From Hyphochytrium catenoides (lineage: Eukaryota; Protista; Hyphochytriomycota), in contig FLMG01001570.1 in the NCBI GenBank assembly GCA_900088475.1, positions 186,001 to 250,000 of the forward strand: 64,000 nucleotides of DNA. The letters are read 5' to 3'. This document shows, piece by piece, positions 37,267 to 49,400 of the stretch. The notes beneath the pieces were generated by a model that was not told where the DNA came from, ran no database searches, and saw nothing but the letters and a program-made list of their open reading frames with translations. The position numbers were made by a program, and so were the translations under genes. How positions within the stretch are numbered: the stretch's first letter is position 1; the number at the start of each line of letters is the position of its first letter.

Positions 37267-40200
37267 TCAACTGTGTGCACACCTAGCACCAGCCGTGCGC
37301 AATAGTTCGGCGGGGGAAACGGATTGAAGGCTTCTGATTCCTCCTGTTTCCCTCTCTTCCTCTTCCTCCGACCATTTCCCTCCCTCCTCCGCTCTCTCTC
37401 TCACTCCCACCTCGAAGTGCACTCTGGAGACACATCGCGCAGGCTTCCCAGCACGCTCCTGCTCTTTAGCCAGCAGTTGGAGCTTCTCCAAGCCCTCAAC
37501 TAAGCAGCAGAGGTCGGCCTTCTCCCGTTCCGTGGCCTCTTCTGGCGCCACCAAGAGCGCAATCATGTCACAGCCTAGCCTCTTGGCCACGTCCATAACG
37601 TCGACAAGAAGAGCGAAGGTCTCCTTTTTGCCATTTTCTTGTCGCGCAACCTTCTTGCCGTTGTTCCCACTTCCTGCTTCTTGCACGGGGACCAATGTCG
37701 ACACCCGCTGACTATCTTTGAAAAAAGGCGCAACCAGGACGGCGTGCTGACTGCCTCTCTCTCTCACGAATTGCTCGATAGTGTCGAGGGAACTGTATGG
37801 GCCTAGCAGAATAAGATCCTTCCTCTCCACCTGCTGATCACGCTCAGCGGAGAGAGGAGGTGCCGGCGCAGCGATCTGCATGTAAACCGTCTGCTTAACC
37901 TTATTCTTGCGATACTCTGGGAGCACATTAAGATGTCCATACGGACAATGGCGGCAAGCGTTCCCGCAGCACTTTCCTCGTCGTAAATGTGAGGCTTCCG
38001 TAAAGACTGTATATCCTGGTAGAAGCGTGTGAGCCAAGGAGTGGGAAGAGAAGAAAGGTGGGAAGGGTATGAACGGCGAAGACACCGTGTGAAGCAAGCT
38101 AGGGGCAGAGAGAAATTGGGGACACGCGGACCGGACAAAAACACAGGTAGAGAGAGACAGGATCTACCTGTGGCAGGGTCTGTATAGGTGCTTCTTCCCT
38201 GGGCACAAGCTGTTCGGTGGGCTTCTTCAATCTCAGTTAACGCTTTAACTTCCTCCTCTCTCCTCTTGGCCTGTTCATCCTGATCTTCCTTGTGTAAGAG
38301 GAGAGAAGAGACTTCTTCGAAGGGGAAGTCAGCTCTGTAGGCGTCTTCTCTTCCATGAAGCAGGCCTACAAGCCACTCGAAGGCATCTACTAGGCGCGGT
38401 CCCGGGCGATTGAACATCTACAAGCAGAACAAGTTTATTAGCCCCTAGGCAGAGGGAGACGAAGGTTGAGAGAACATAAGGGAGAAAGGCAGCGTTAGGC
38501 TCTGTAGACCATTATCTAGAGGTGCACTGGTGGCCTTGCAGAGAAAAAGATAAGGAACGTACCGCGTCGCCATCAACCAGGACCGCCTTACCATGCTGTA
38601 CGGCCCTCAGCTGCCTCCAAAGCGGAGAGTTCTGAGCCATGATTGGCATCATTTTCCTACCCATCTACGCGCAGCACAAGTATACGAGCAGAGGAAGTAA
38701 TACTTAGGCAGGGACAAAGATGGAGCCCATCTGGGCATGTTTTAGAGTGAGGAGGCTAGGTCAGGAGGAACCTCCTGGATCTCGGTGAAAGAGGAGACTG
38801 GAAGCAAAGCCATTATGGCATCTATGGTTGTGGTTATGGGACCCCTCTCCACACGCACCTCTAGGTCTAAGCCGCAGAAACAGAAGATGATGACCTCTGG
38901 ATCCAGCTCCTGCAGCTGCTGAAAGGGAACAGCAAATGACTTTCCAGCACCCCCTTTAGATGGCTCTGGTGCAGGATTGAGAGGATGGTTGCCACCTGCC
39001 CAATGGATCATCTGCGGCGTCCAATGTCCTAGCAAGTAGCGGTATCGCGGATGCAGTCAGGTGCAAAGCTGTCAAGTGGCTTTCATGTTATCTCTCTGAC
39101 GTAACGAGATGTGGGCCTAACCAATTCTGTGAGGAGGAGGACGAAGCCCCCGGATCTTGATAGTAAGGAAAGATAGGATCGCTAGAAACTTTTTATCGCG
39201 CGTAGCTAGATTGCTGTCTGAGGCCATCGCCGAGAGGAAGAGAAGCCCTAGTCTGTCTGTTGAGTTCTCTTCTTACCTCCAACGTATAGGGGATCTGGCC
39301 ATTCAACAAAGGCGACATCAATGGCTTGCGCGCCCGTTGGCACCTTATCTTTCGCGCGGTCTATTCTTTCCATGAGGCTGTCATAGACGCTCTGTGCCTG
39401 AGCCTCCAAGCCTACGCCGCGGCCAACAGTTAGGATATTGTCCAGGACATCTGGAAGGCTGAGGGGGTTAAGTGTGATAATCGTGGGCTTGTTCTCCTGG
39501 GAAAGGTGAGATGGGAAGTTGAGATCTAACGAGACAAGTCTGCTTCTAAGGATGTCCATTAGCAGTTAGGAGAAGGAGAAAGAAAGAGAGGAAAGGTAGA
39601 GATAGTACATAGTGATCCGCCAAAAACATGCGGCGTGGCTACAAGGCCACGAGATCAAAGCAGAGGAAATAGCTGTTAACCTCGATCTATGAGGCGGCCC
39701 TGGTGGTGAAAGAGAAGGCCGAGAAGCAAGAGGAAGGTGGTCTGAAGAGGCCTCACCATGGAAGCAGCCAGTCTCTCGACTGTCATGAGATCGATGGCAC
39801 AAACAGAACAGATATCCTGAGTCAGAATGACGTCTGGGCGGAGCTGCTTGATCAATTCCTCGTCCAACGCATAGAGAGACTTCCCTTCTCCTAAGGCTTC
39901 CGCCACTTGTCTGCCCCAAGGGATGTGAAGAGAGATGAATAAGAGAAAAGCGGTCATGGAATCTTGTCGTTAGGCTCATAGGCGAAGGCACAGATAGTAA
40001 GAAGACTATGCGAGTTCAACAAAGGGAGATGGCAGAGAAGGGAAGGCAGGAGGAGTCTTGGGCCTTTACCTCGAACCCCAGACGGAGAAAGGTTCCTTCT
40101 GTGCCAGAGTGATAGCAGAGATTAACAGACGGCAGAACAGCTTATGAAGCAGAGGCAGAAGGAGCGCAACGGCGCGCGCACAGGGAGAATAGACCAAGAC

Positions 40201-40400
40201 ATATCCGTCACTCGCCTGTTGACATCGGAAGGGGAAGTGAAGACCGTCTTCTGAGCTGTCACTATCGGGATCTGGTCCAATCCTGGCGGGTAATTATCCT
40301 CATGCGAGCGGCCCACAAGCAGCGACCGGCCGCCGATAGCGCAGAGAATCTCAGTGGCCGAGGGAAGGACGCTAATTACTCTCTGAACCGTCTTGGCCAT
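37267..40400 (-). CDS. Fusion protein: BtuF/YvrC-like helical-backbone binding domain + DUF5522 Cys-rich domain + putative degenerate DUF71/PP-loop domain, 7 exons
   Basis: RVISVLPSATEILCAIG...LVGRSHEDNYP, LYALDEELIKQLRPDVILTQDICSVCAID, EWPDPLYVGGHWTPQMI, CFCGLDL, WRQLRAVQHGKAVLVDGDA|MFNRPGPRLVDA; then EIEEAH..AC..GRSTYTDPATG|YTVFTEASHLRRGKCCGNACRHCPYGH. The third-domain assignment is weaker. Confidence 0.85.
39911..40215 (-). other. GC-AG intron (intron 1 of the BtuF-like fusion gene)
   Basis: Only donor AG|GCGAGT joined to acceptor GGCAG|A keeps the frame, giving DVNR|QVAEALG. Confidence 0.8.
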
Positions 40401-40591
40401 CTTCCTGGTGGTAAGCTTGACACGTTGAATATTACTTCGCCTTGTGATGGCTCGGGATCGTTACGCTTGCCCCAAGACAAGGAGAACGAGGGAAGATGTG
40501 GATAATGATAACGCCCCACAGCCGTGAGAGTTCTGTCCTGTTCACTTGATCTCCGTGGTGCTGCCAACGCGCTTGGAATCAATCTTCGCTG

Positions 40592-43500
40592 TCACTGAGT
40601 GCTTGCTCGTCGCTGCATCTCAAGGCCATGCATATTAGGCAGTTCTGCCAAGTGTTTCCTCTTCTTCTCCCTAGCCCGCTCGCTTGGTGCCTGGACCCTA
40701 GCGTGTGCTTCTGATGCTTCCCTGAACGAGGCCGACGCTGCTTCCATCAGCAGCACCTTCTGCTGTCTCTCATCCGCTGCAGGCACCAGCTTCAAAGGGT
40801 TCAAGGGGTTCAAGGACAGCGAGGCAGAGGACCAAAAGGGCAGCTTCTGATTCCTTCTTAGAGGACGGTAACAGCTACCTCTCACGCTTCTGTGCCGTTT
40901 GATCTCCATCAATCAGTGGCATCCCCAGGCAGATCCAGATCGGTCAGCATCATCTCTATGAAGCTCCTCCTCTGCGGAGGATGAAGCCCGGGGTGAAGCT
41001 CCATCAATAGAGCTTGTCAGTCTCACCAGTGCAGAGAGGAACATCCAGTCTCAGCACTATCACTTCGTTGCAAGCGTCATGGGTTCAGAGCAGAGGAGCA
41101 ACAAGGATTATTAGTTCATAGAGGGCCACACCATCCTGCACTAGTGAGTGCATGAGAGGCCGTAGAGTATAGCTCCATGATGTTATGATGGCCGCTTATA
41201 ATAGATACGATAGATAGGCCTGATGACACGCTGGCCAAGCGATTATACGCAGGATAATGAGGTTAGGGGAGTACATCCTTGCCAGCCCGTCTAATGCTCA
41301 TTCCAAGCCAATCTCTGCCCTTGTCCTTCAGCTGGTTACCAGGTCATGGTTCGACACTTACGCTCTTGTTCTGTGCTGCCGCCTCTGATCTGGCTGTTGG
41401 TTGCTCCTGTGACCGGAGTGGCTCATCGTGTCGTCAGGAGAAAAGATGCGGCAGCTACAACGCCAACTAAGTCGCGGGCATTATAAAAAACCGCTGAGTT
41501 ACTCTGCATCACGGACCGCAATCTCCTCCTCCGCACTTTTATTGCCCTGGGCGACGCCATCTGACTCTTCGGCTGCCAACTTGTCAGACTTTTGCTGCCC
41601 GCTGCTTATCCTATCATCCTTCTCCTCTCCAGAGTCATCCTCATCCTCGTCGTCATCTGAGAGACGCGCATCTTCAGCCATGGCGTGCAGTAAGTCCACA
41701 GAGCCAGCATCTGAACTCATGGACAGCATGCTGCCGCTTCCACGCCCTAAATCCCCATATCGCGGTCACGGCACTCAGTTTATGATGAAGAGGCAAAGAA
41801 ATTAGGAGCTCGCACCTCTACTGATGGGACTCTTCGGAGGAGAGGAGTTCGTCGCCTCTAGTTGGAGCCTCCAAGGGCTGCTCCGTGGTGAAGAGTTTCT
41901 ACCCGGTTTGTGCGACGAGCCTAGGAAACAAAGTCCGATGTTAGACGATTAAAAGAAAAGAGAGACTGGGCGTCGTGGGCCTTGCGTCAAACATACAGAT
42001 CAGAAGTCACAAGCAACGAAATCTGGGTGTGAGACCAACCATGTCTAAATGGACAGAAAGACAGCAAAGGACAGGAAGAGGCGCACAGAGCTGCTGAAGA
42101 ACTTCGGCTGGCTATAGATTATACGCATCCGGTCCTTTCTCATCTCTCAGAAGGAGACTAAGGGAGCAGCCATGGATGCTAGCGTCTCCTTCAGCAAGGT
42201 AGAGAAGGCCTGGTCGGGCAGAACGTCCTTCTTTGAGGCGGGGTGGTAGGAGCGTACCTATGCTAGCGATTCCTCCTGGGCGCGCAGTCGAGGATTTGGA
42301 AGGAGACGTCCGAAGATTGAAGGCGCGTGCGAAAATGCGACCTGGAGACTTTTGGGTTTTGGGGTGCTTCGAGACTGAAGGAGGTCTACCATCTACTTCT
42401 CCGCCCCAAGAGGAGCGCGGGCTGCTGTCGTGGCTGCTGACGGGGCTGTGGTAGGAGGCTGAAGAGGCCACGGAGTTTGCAACTTCTATCTGGAGCCGTC
42501 TGGTCAGCTCTGCCTGCAGCTCCAGAACCTGCTGTCTGTAGAAGATTGATGAGACGGTGGAGACAGATTGTGAGAAGCCCGTTAGTGGGTACATCAGGAG
42601 TGCCTAAGAATGTACCAGCCTCAAAGCTACGGCAGATAGAGACTGAGCTAAATGCACAAGAACAGAGCAGAGCCCGACGTGACAGTTGGCGCAGACATTT
42701 GTTGAAGCATCCTATCACTCCCTCCTTCTTGCTGCTCCGCACCTCAGACCTACCGCTCAAGCTTCAGTTGCGCCTGTAGATCTTTGACCAGCTGAGCCAG
42801 CTTGCCATGTTCAAGCTGCAGGTACATAGCAGACTGTCAGTTAGATATCCACTTTAAAATGTTAGCGTCTGTACGTTTTTTTAGCACTCGAGCCCTCAGG
42901 AAGGTCGACTAAAGACCACCTCCTCTCGTCTCCCAACTCTTTCGGGCATCAATGGAGACCTTCTTGAAGGGCTGGGTAAGCCATCCAAACAATGCCTGTC
43001 CGCCTCAGAAGATCCACTTTTCTGCAGTCCCTACCTTCCTCACTCCTGGCTGTTCCCTGAGCTTCTCCTGCAAGGAGCTAAGCTCCTGAAAGGCGTTGCT
43101 CAGGGTTTGCTTGGCCGCAGCTTGCTCCGTCTCCATCTTTTGGAGTTCCTGCTCTAAGAAGGTGTTCCGCCTTCGCACTTCCTCTTCCTGCGTACGCAGC
43201 GCAGCCTCGGCCTTCTACAGGAATGAAAGAAAATTGGATAGTGAAGAAATGAGAGTGTTGCACCTTCAAACAGCATAGACATTTCTTTGCAGATTTGAAC
43301 ATAAATCTGCGGATTCAGGTACGTTTTGAGATTACTGGCTCCGGCAAACAAAGAGGTTGTTATAAGAATGAGTTGGAAGTGAGAGGTGTCCATGGCACCT
43401 CCATAAGCTCTATCTTGGCCTGTAGCTTCTGGGCCCTCTTTAATGTGTGCTCATGCTCATCCTGCAGCTCATGCAGGGCCCACTCAGCTTTTTGCCATCC

Positions 43501-45400
43501 TTCGGCACGCTCTTGAGCCAGCCGCTGGAATTCGAATCGAGTAAGAAGGGCTGCGGAGAGGTAGCACAGAGGACAGCGCCCAAGCACTCGATAGGAATAT
43601 GAGGGAAGGTTGAAGAACCACCACTTGATTCTCTCTGATCATGCCAAAACCGAGCTAGTGGAGTTTAGGTATTACCTTCGCCTCCTCGAGTTGCTGTTGC
43701 ACTAAGCTCTTATTCTCTGCTGTGACTTGAAGCTTCTGAGAGAGGTTCTTGTTGCCGCCCATGACCTTGTCCAGCCTGCTCTCTAGATGCTTGATGCGAT
43801 CTTGAGCCTATGATTGTGTTTTCCGCGCAAGAATGCAGGCAGATGGATCATCAGCTGAAGGAAATATGACTTTCGAAGCCTTACAGTGCATACACATCGC
43901 CTAGCGAGGACATCAGTTGAATGGAGAGGGCAAGAAGCAATACACCGCACAAGGAGAGTATGATGGTGCATGGAAGGACTAGATTCCCGAGCGTCGGGGA
44001 TGGGTCAAGATGGCGTGCCAGGGCAATGGGAAAGCAGTGCGAGGAAGAACCTTACTCTTAGATCTTTCTCCAGCAATTGCGAGCTTTGAGCATCGCAGAC
44101 TGACTGCAGATGGGTGATCTGGCGCTTCAGCTCCGCCACCTGGTATAGTCCGTGCATGGTACCATCAGTTCACCCCAAGGGATCTAAGAAGCCGTTCAGG
44201 CATACATTTGTGACTCACGGAGCCGTCCTCTGACATATGGCGTAAGCTGTCTACCTCTATGTACAGTCTTACCTGCTGGTCCCAAACCTTACACTCTGCC
44301 TTAAGTCCGACCACTTCCTCTTCTTTCAGTCGAAGCTTTTGTAGAAGATTCTGTGCGACAACAAAGAGCGTCGCAGAGATGGGCATACTTAGCGCTGCTT
44401 GAGACAGTAATGATGAAAAGAAAGACAGGAGACCTGGATGTCCCTGTCTCCGGCTTCTATCCTTGCCCTGAGCTCTTTGTCTTGAGCCTGCTCTTGGCTG
44501 CTTTTCCTTGAAGGCGAGGTGGAGGCAGTCGTAGACGAGGGTGGCACAACCTCTTCTCCTTCATTTTCTGCGCTGGCCAAAAGCTGCTGCTGCTCTGCAA
44601 TTATTTGCTTGAGCGAGAGGACCTACGACAGGAAACCAGCCGAGAGTTACGCAAACAGACCACCGTTGCAGAGAGAGAGACAGACCGACACACAGACAGA
44701 AACAGAGAGACAGAGAGAAGGGAGAGAGAGAGAGAGAGTACTAGAAAGAGAAAGCCATGCCACGCGGAGAAACTTAAACGACGAGGTCGGTAAGAGAGAA
44801 TGGCCAGGACCTGCTGCTCAAACGCTAGGTTCTTCTCTATGCACTCCTCCAGCTCTTTGGTTCCGTTTGCATAAGGTACCATTGCTACCGGGGCAATAGT
44901 TAGCAAGGGCAAAGGAAAAAGAGGGCACGGTTCGACAGAGAAGGAGTCAAAGAGAGAGGGCAGAGAAAAGTCACAGGGAGAGGTATTCGGAAGGACAGGT
45001 AGCTATCATCTGGCCGGCTGGTAGCTACTAAGACCTTGGTACAACCCACCTCGGAGGGTCTTGAGCTCCGACTCCTTGTTCCTGATCTCTTGTTTAAGCA
45101 CTTGGTTCTCTACATCATAGTCCAAACACCTTAGACTAAGAGTGAGCAGCTAAAGAGTCGCTTGGAGTGTGAAGGAGCAGTGGGAGAGGAGTAGGAACGC
45201 CTAAGAATAACAAGGGGCTCGAATGTCATTGAGCCTCGAAGGTTCAGGACCATAGGCAGGCCAAAGGGCAGGTAAACTCTTCCACTTCGCGCAAACTTAC
45301 CCAGATCCAGGGCCTTGAATCGCTCCTCTTGAGCATAGAGCTGGTTCTGCTGCTGCAGTACCTGGTCCTGCAGTCGCTGGAAGTCACTGACGCTAATCAT
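40592..45400 (-). CDS. Long multi-exon coiled-coil protein with Ser-rich/acidic C-terminal region (weak GRIPAP1/GRASP-1 resemblance); 3' end uncertain (about 40910 or 40592)
   Basis: In-frame spliced heptad-rich exons from MISVSDFQRLQDQVLQQQNQLY through KLAQLVKDLQAQLKLER. The last exons could not be joined unambiguously. Confidence 0.65.
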
Positions 45401-46494
45401 TGGCCCTGGCTGATCGACCCAAAGGTCTCTTGCCGTACTTCCTGCCAGTACTAGGTCTTTTGATACTCTCAGGCAAAGGATGGCGTCTAGGTTGCGGTCG
45501 CGGTGTTGCGGTGGTGCCGCCTAGATGCTGGACTATTGAGATCCATCATAAAGCATCCACGCAGCATCGGAGAGGAGAGATCAATGCAGCTGTAGGAGAT
45601 GCAGATGCTCTTACAAGTTCCTTTCTCTCACTCAGTCCGTCCTATTCAAAAGACCACTGCCCCTCCGAGTCCTCTATTACTTTGACTTCTGCTGATGCAG
45701 CCTTCGTGGCTAGCCTTACAGAGTGTCTATGACTACGCTCAGGAGGTAGAGGAGCTTCGATCCGCGTACTGCCAGGCCCGAGCTGCCCCGCACGACGAGC
45801 GTCAAGCATCCAGACAGCTCATTCAGGAGCAATCGGAGGTTACATAGTGATTGTATGGATATCGTGTGAGCCGCTAATGGCCTGCAGATTGAGGAAAGAT
45901 TTTGCTTGTCAAAGCAGCGTTTGCGGCTACGGGAAGGATGATTTGTAACGGATGTGGGGGAGCTTCTGATGTGGATCCGCCCGGTTCGGCCGCCTCAGGG
46001 AGAGGACATGGCCACGCTCCGCTGTCTGACTTCCACCCCTCCGGTCTGTCCATTAACATTTCCATCAGGTCCAGGTTAAGCCCTCGCCGGGCTACGAGAG
46101 GCTTTTGTGTATTTGACGGCTGTCGCCGCTCTGGCAGGCATCGGGTCATCATTTTATAAGCGTCTCACAGGTTTATGCAGTTTAAGGTGCTCTGACAGAA
46201 CAACAGGATTTAGAACCCCTTCCCAGCGCCATGAGAAGCTGTTCTTTCAAAGCCGAGTCGAAGACGCCCGCGCCTCGGTAAGCTACTAGGCGCCAGGTAG
46301 TGAGAGGTGATGACTTTGATGTGATCACTAACTTGAAATAAGTCGAAGATAGATAGAGAACAGACAAGAGTCAGAAAGGTAGATACAAAGCCCCACAATA
46401 TTTTGAAATGGCAGTAGGGCCCATCATATGACTCAGTTCAAGGCGATAAATAATAGACCTAACGGCTATGGACGGGACGATCTCAAGTTCTCTC

Positions 46495-49400
46495 CTAACC
46501 CCAAAATGGAAGTGCACTTTTAGCGGTACTTAGCGGTCCCTGCTCCTTTGTCTGACCAGGGATAGGGTACGGCACCGGCCGGGTTGTCCTGTTGGAGCTC
46601 TCATTCAACTCTGTCTCCGTGCAATGGATGTCTCGCAAAAATTGCTCAAAAGACTGGCGGCACTGTGGAAGATAAGAAGACCAGAACTGATAGTTAGCCT
46701 GCGAACTTTCCCCCGACTTGTTTTCTAAGAACTGGGCTGCGGTTTTGCCATCAACCTGTCTCCCTTTCTTCCTTCCCAGTCCTCCAGTCAGACCTGTTAG
46801 CCTAGTGCCACCGAGCTATCCGCCATATCTCTCTTCGATTTACCTGTCTTGAGTGCTCCGCACGGTGTTTTGCGTGTGCCAGTAGAAGCCCTTTAAATTC
46901 TTCATTTTTCTCCCTTTCAAAGCGATTCATCTCTCGTTTCAGGCTCTCCGTGATAAACTCAACCTGCAGCCGCGCTTCATTCATCCTTCCTTCCGCCTGC
47001 TAGATCGGTTAGGCGGTGCCATAAGGCCAGCACGGGTACAGCTCTAAAAAAGACTCAGAGTAAATGATATAGATGAAGATAGCAAGAGGACAGGTAGAAG
47101 AGAACCGTTCCAAACCATAGGTTTACGAGGAGGTCCTAGCCATTATAACCTCTGCTAGGAACATGAGGCCAGTCGATAGCGACAAAGAAGACAGCGGGAA
47201 AATTAAGCTTAAGAAATGAGAACTTCCGTGAATAAGGCTACGTGTCGAGGGGAAGCCCCATGGTATTACCTGCACCACCTTCTGCTCCGCCTTAAGAGCA
47301 GAGCCTGCAGTGCCCGTCCTGGCTCTTGCAGCCGCAAACCTCTCTTTGTTCCGTTGCATGCTTGCATTTGAGTCTACCACCTCCTCAACCGCATTTTCCC
47401 GGTTTGCCATAACGGCCTAAGGAGAAGACCCCAATATCAGGGTAGTGAAGTCATAGATGAAATAGGTCATGGTTTATGATGGCGGTAGAAGGATGGCGGA
47501 TAACTGCTAGACAGATGGGGCAGAGGACGGTGTAGTAAGCCCACCTTGACTGAGCCCACTTTGCCATACTGATACCGCACCGGAGTTACGAAGTCAGCGA
47601 GCTCAGCGTCCAGCTGGGTAGTAACATGTGTTGCACAGGACAAACATTAGTACCCAGAAAGATTAGTACACAAACTCCCCAGAGGGATGAAAGAGAGAGA
47701 CCAGTAGGTGGCGCGGTGGCTCAGGTGGTAAGAATCGGAGACGACTAGAGGGAGACGACAAGAAGGGCGGAAAGGTCAGATCCGCGTACATGGTCCTGAA
47801 GAAGGTTTCCCTCAGACTCCAATCTCTCTCCAACTATCTGCGTGAGCGATAAAATGAAGTTTAGGCACTTGCGCAACTGCATAAGATCCCCGTTTCTACG
47901 TGATTGCCAACTTCTGACCTGCAGAAACTCGCTTTCGGCCTCATCTTCTCTTTCATGAATGGCAAGCTCTGTGAGGTAGTGTCCAAATCTGGATAGCTCG
48001 TAACCCAGCTCTAACGAAAAGAGAGCACATACGTCGAATGGTGGGCAGAGGGGTAGTGAGCGACAAAAAAGAACGAGTAGAAGGATCCAACGAAGCCCAA
48101 CCGCGTACCAATAAGGCTGAGAATTTAATAACCACCACGGAGGGAGGAAGGAGCCAAAAAAGCGACTTACCTCTCAACTTTCTGTACCAGTTGTCCACAG
48201 TTCGACAAGCTTCAGCTAGCTTTGCTTCGTAGGCATCCACCCGTCGACCAATCTATTCGAATCCGGAGGAATATTAGCCGCTAGTCGTCGCCAGAGTGCC
48301 CATAATCATCGGCATCTTACCGCCAGGTACTCTTCATCTGGCTTTACGTCTAAAGGAGACGGCGAGCCTGCCCAAATGGATGATTTAAGAGAGTGGAAGA
48401 GGTTGGTGACAGCACTCGAGGGGGCCGAGATTGGTATAGTTGCTGTCTCCATGGGCATCAGCTCCTTTGCAGCCTGCAAGCCCTGCATTGACGGAAGCAG
48501 AAGCAATTGGAAAGTAAGCCAACGACAGTGACGATTCTCCCAATAGCTTTGGAAAAGGCTATGGCTATCACAAAGTCACATGAGACGGTCCGGCTGCTTA
48601 CACTCACGGTGCTAAGGGTTAACGAATTTGGGACTTTCTAACAGATGGAAGCAGAGAATTGGAAAAGAGAAGCTACACAGTGTCTATGCTTACTTCTCGA
48701 CTTGCAGTGAGAATCACCTGCACCTCCAAAGCACTTCCTAGCTGAGGGTGATTTGCCACTTGATTCTAAGGAAGATGACAGTGAGATATTGACAGTGCAG
48801 AAGAGGCTAGATTGAGCCTCTAAGCGAGTCTCCAAGCTGTATAAGGAAGAGCCAAAACGGCAGGAAAAAAGAAGACGTTCACCCTTTTGAAAGATCTTTC
48901 TGAGAACAGGAGCGCTGTTTGGGGACTCATATGAGAGACAAGGAGGTATTGCCTCTTTCAGCAGCTCTACGTACTATGTAGTGCTCTAAAGCCTGCTTTC
49001 TCTCCTCGACGAACGTCACCTCTAGGTTTCCTGCAAAACAGTCACATTTTAGTTCACTATTGTCTAGTGCCTGAGACTCTCCGACCAACCACCTACCAAC
49101 AGACCGCTTTTCCGGTAAAGGCGGGATGATCAGACCTGCAGCAGAGGGAATATCAGTGCCGTGCCTCTTCTAAAGATCCGTCATGAGGCTAACGGGTGAT
49201 GCCACGTGTTTTCTCCTTAAGCTGCACTATCTTTCATGTCCCTCACATGTTGGCCGAGTCTACAGAAAATCGGTTCACATTCTACCTGGAAACCTGCTCA
49301 CAAGTCTCAAGTGCATCCACTCAAAGTCACTGAAGCGTCTCCTGAAATCCCGCCGACGTGTGGGCTGACGCGGGTGGTCGACCTACAAAGAGACAGGAGT

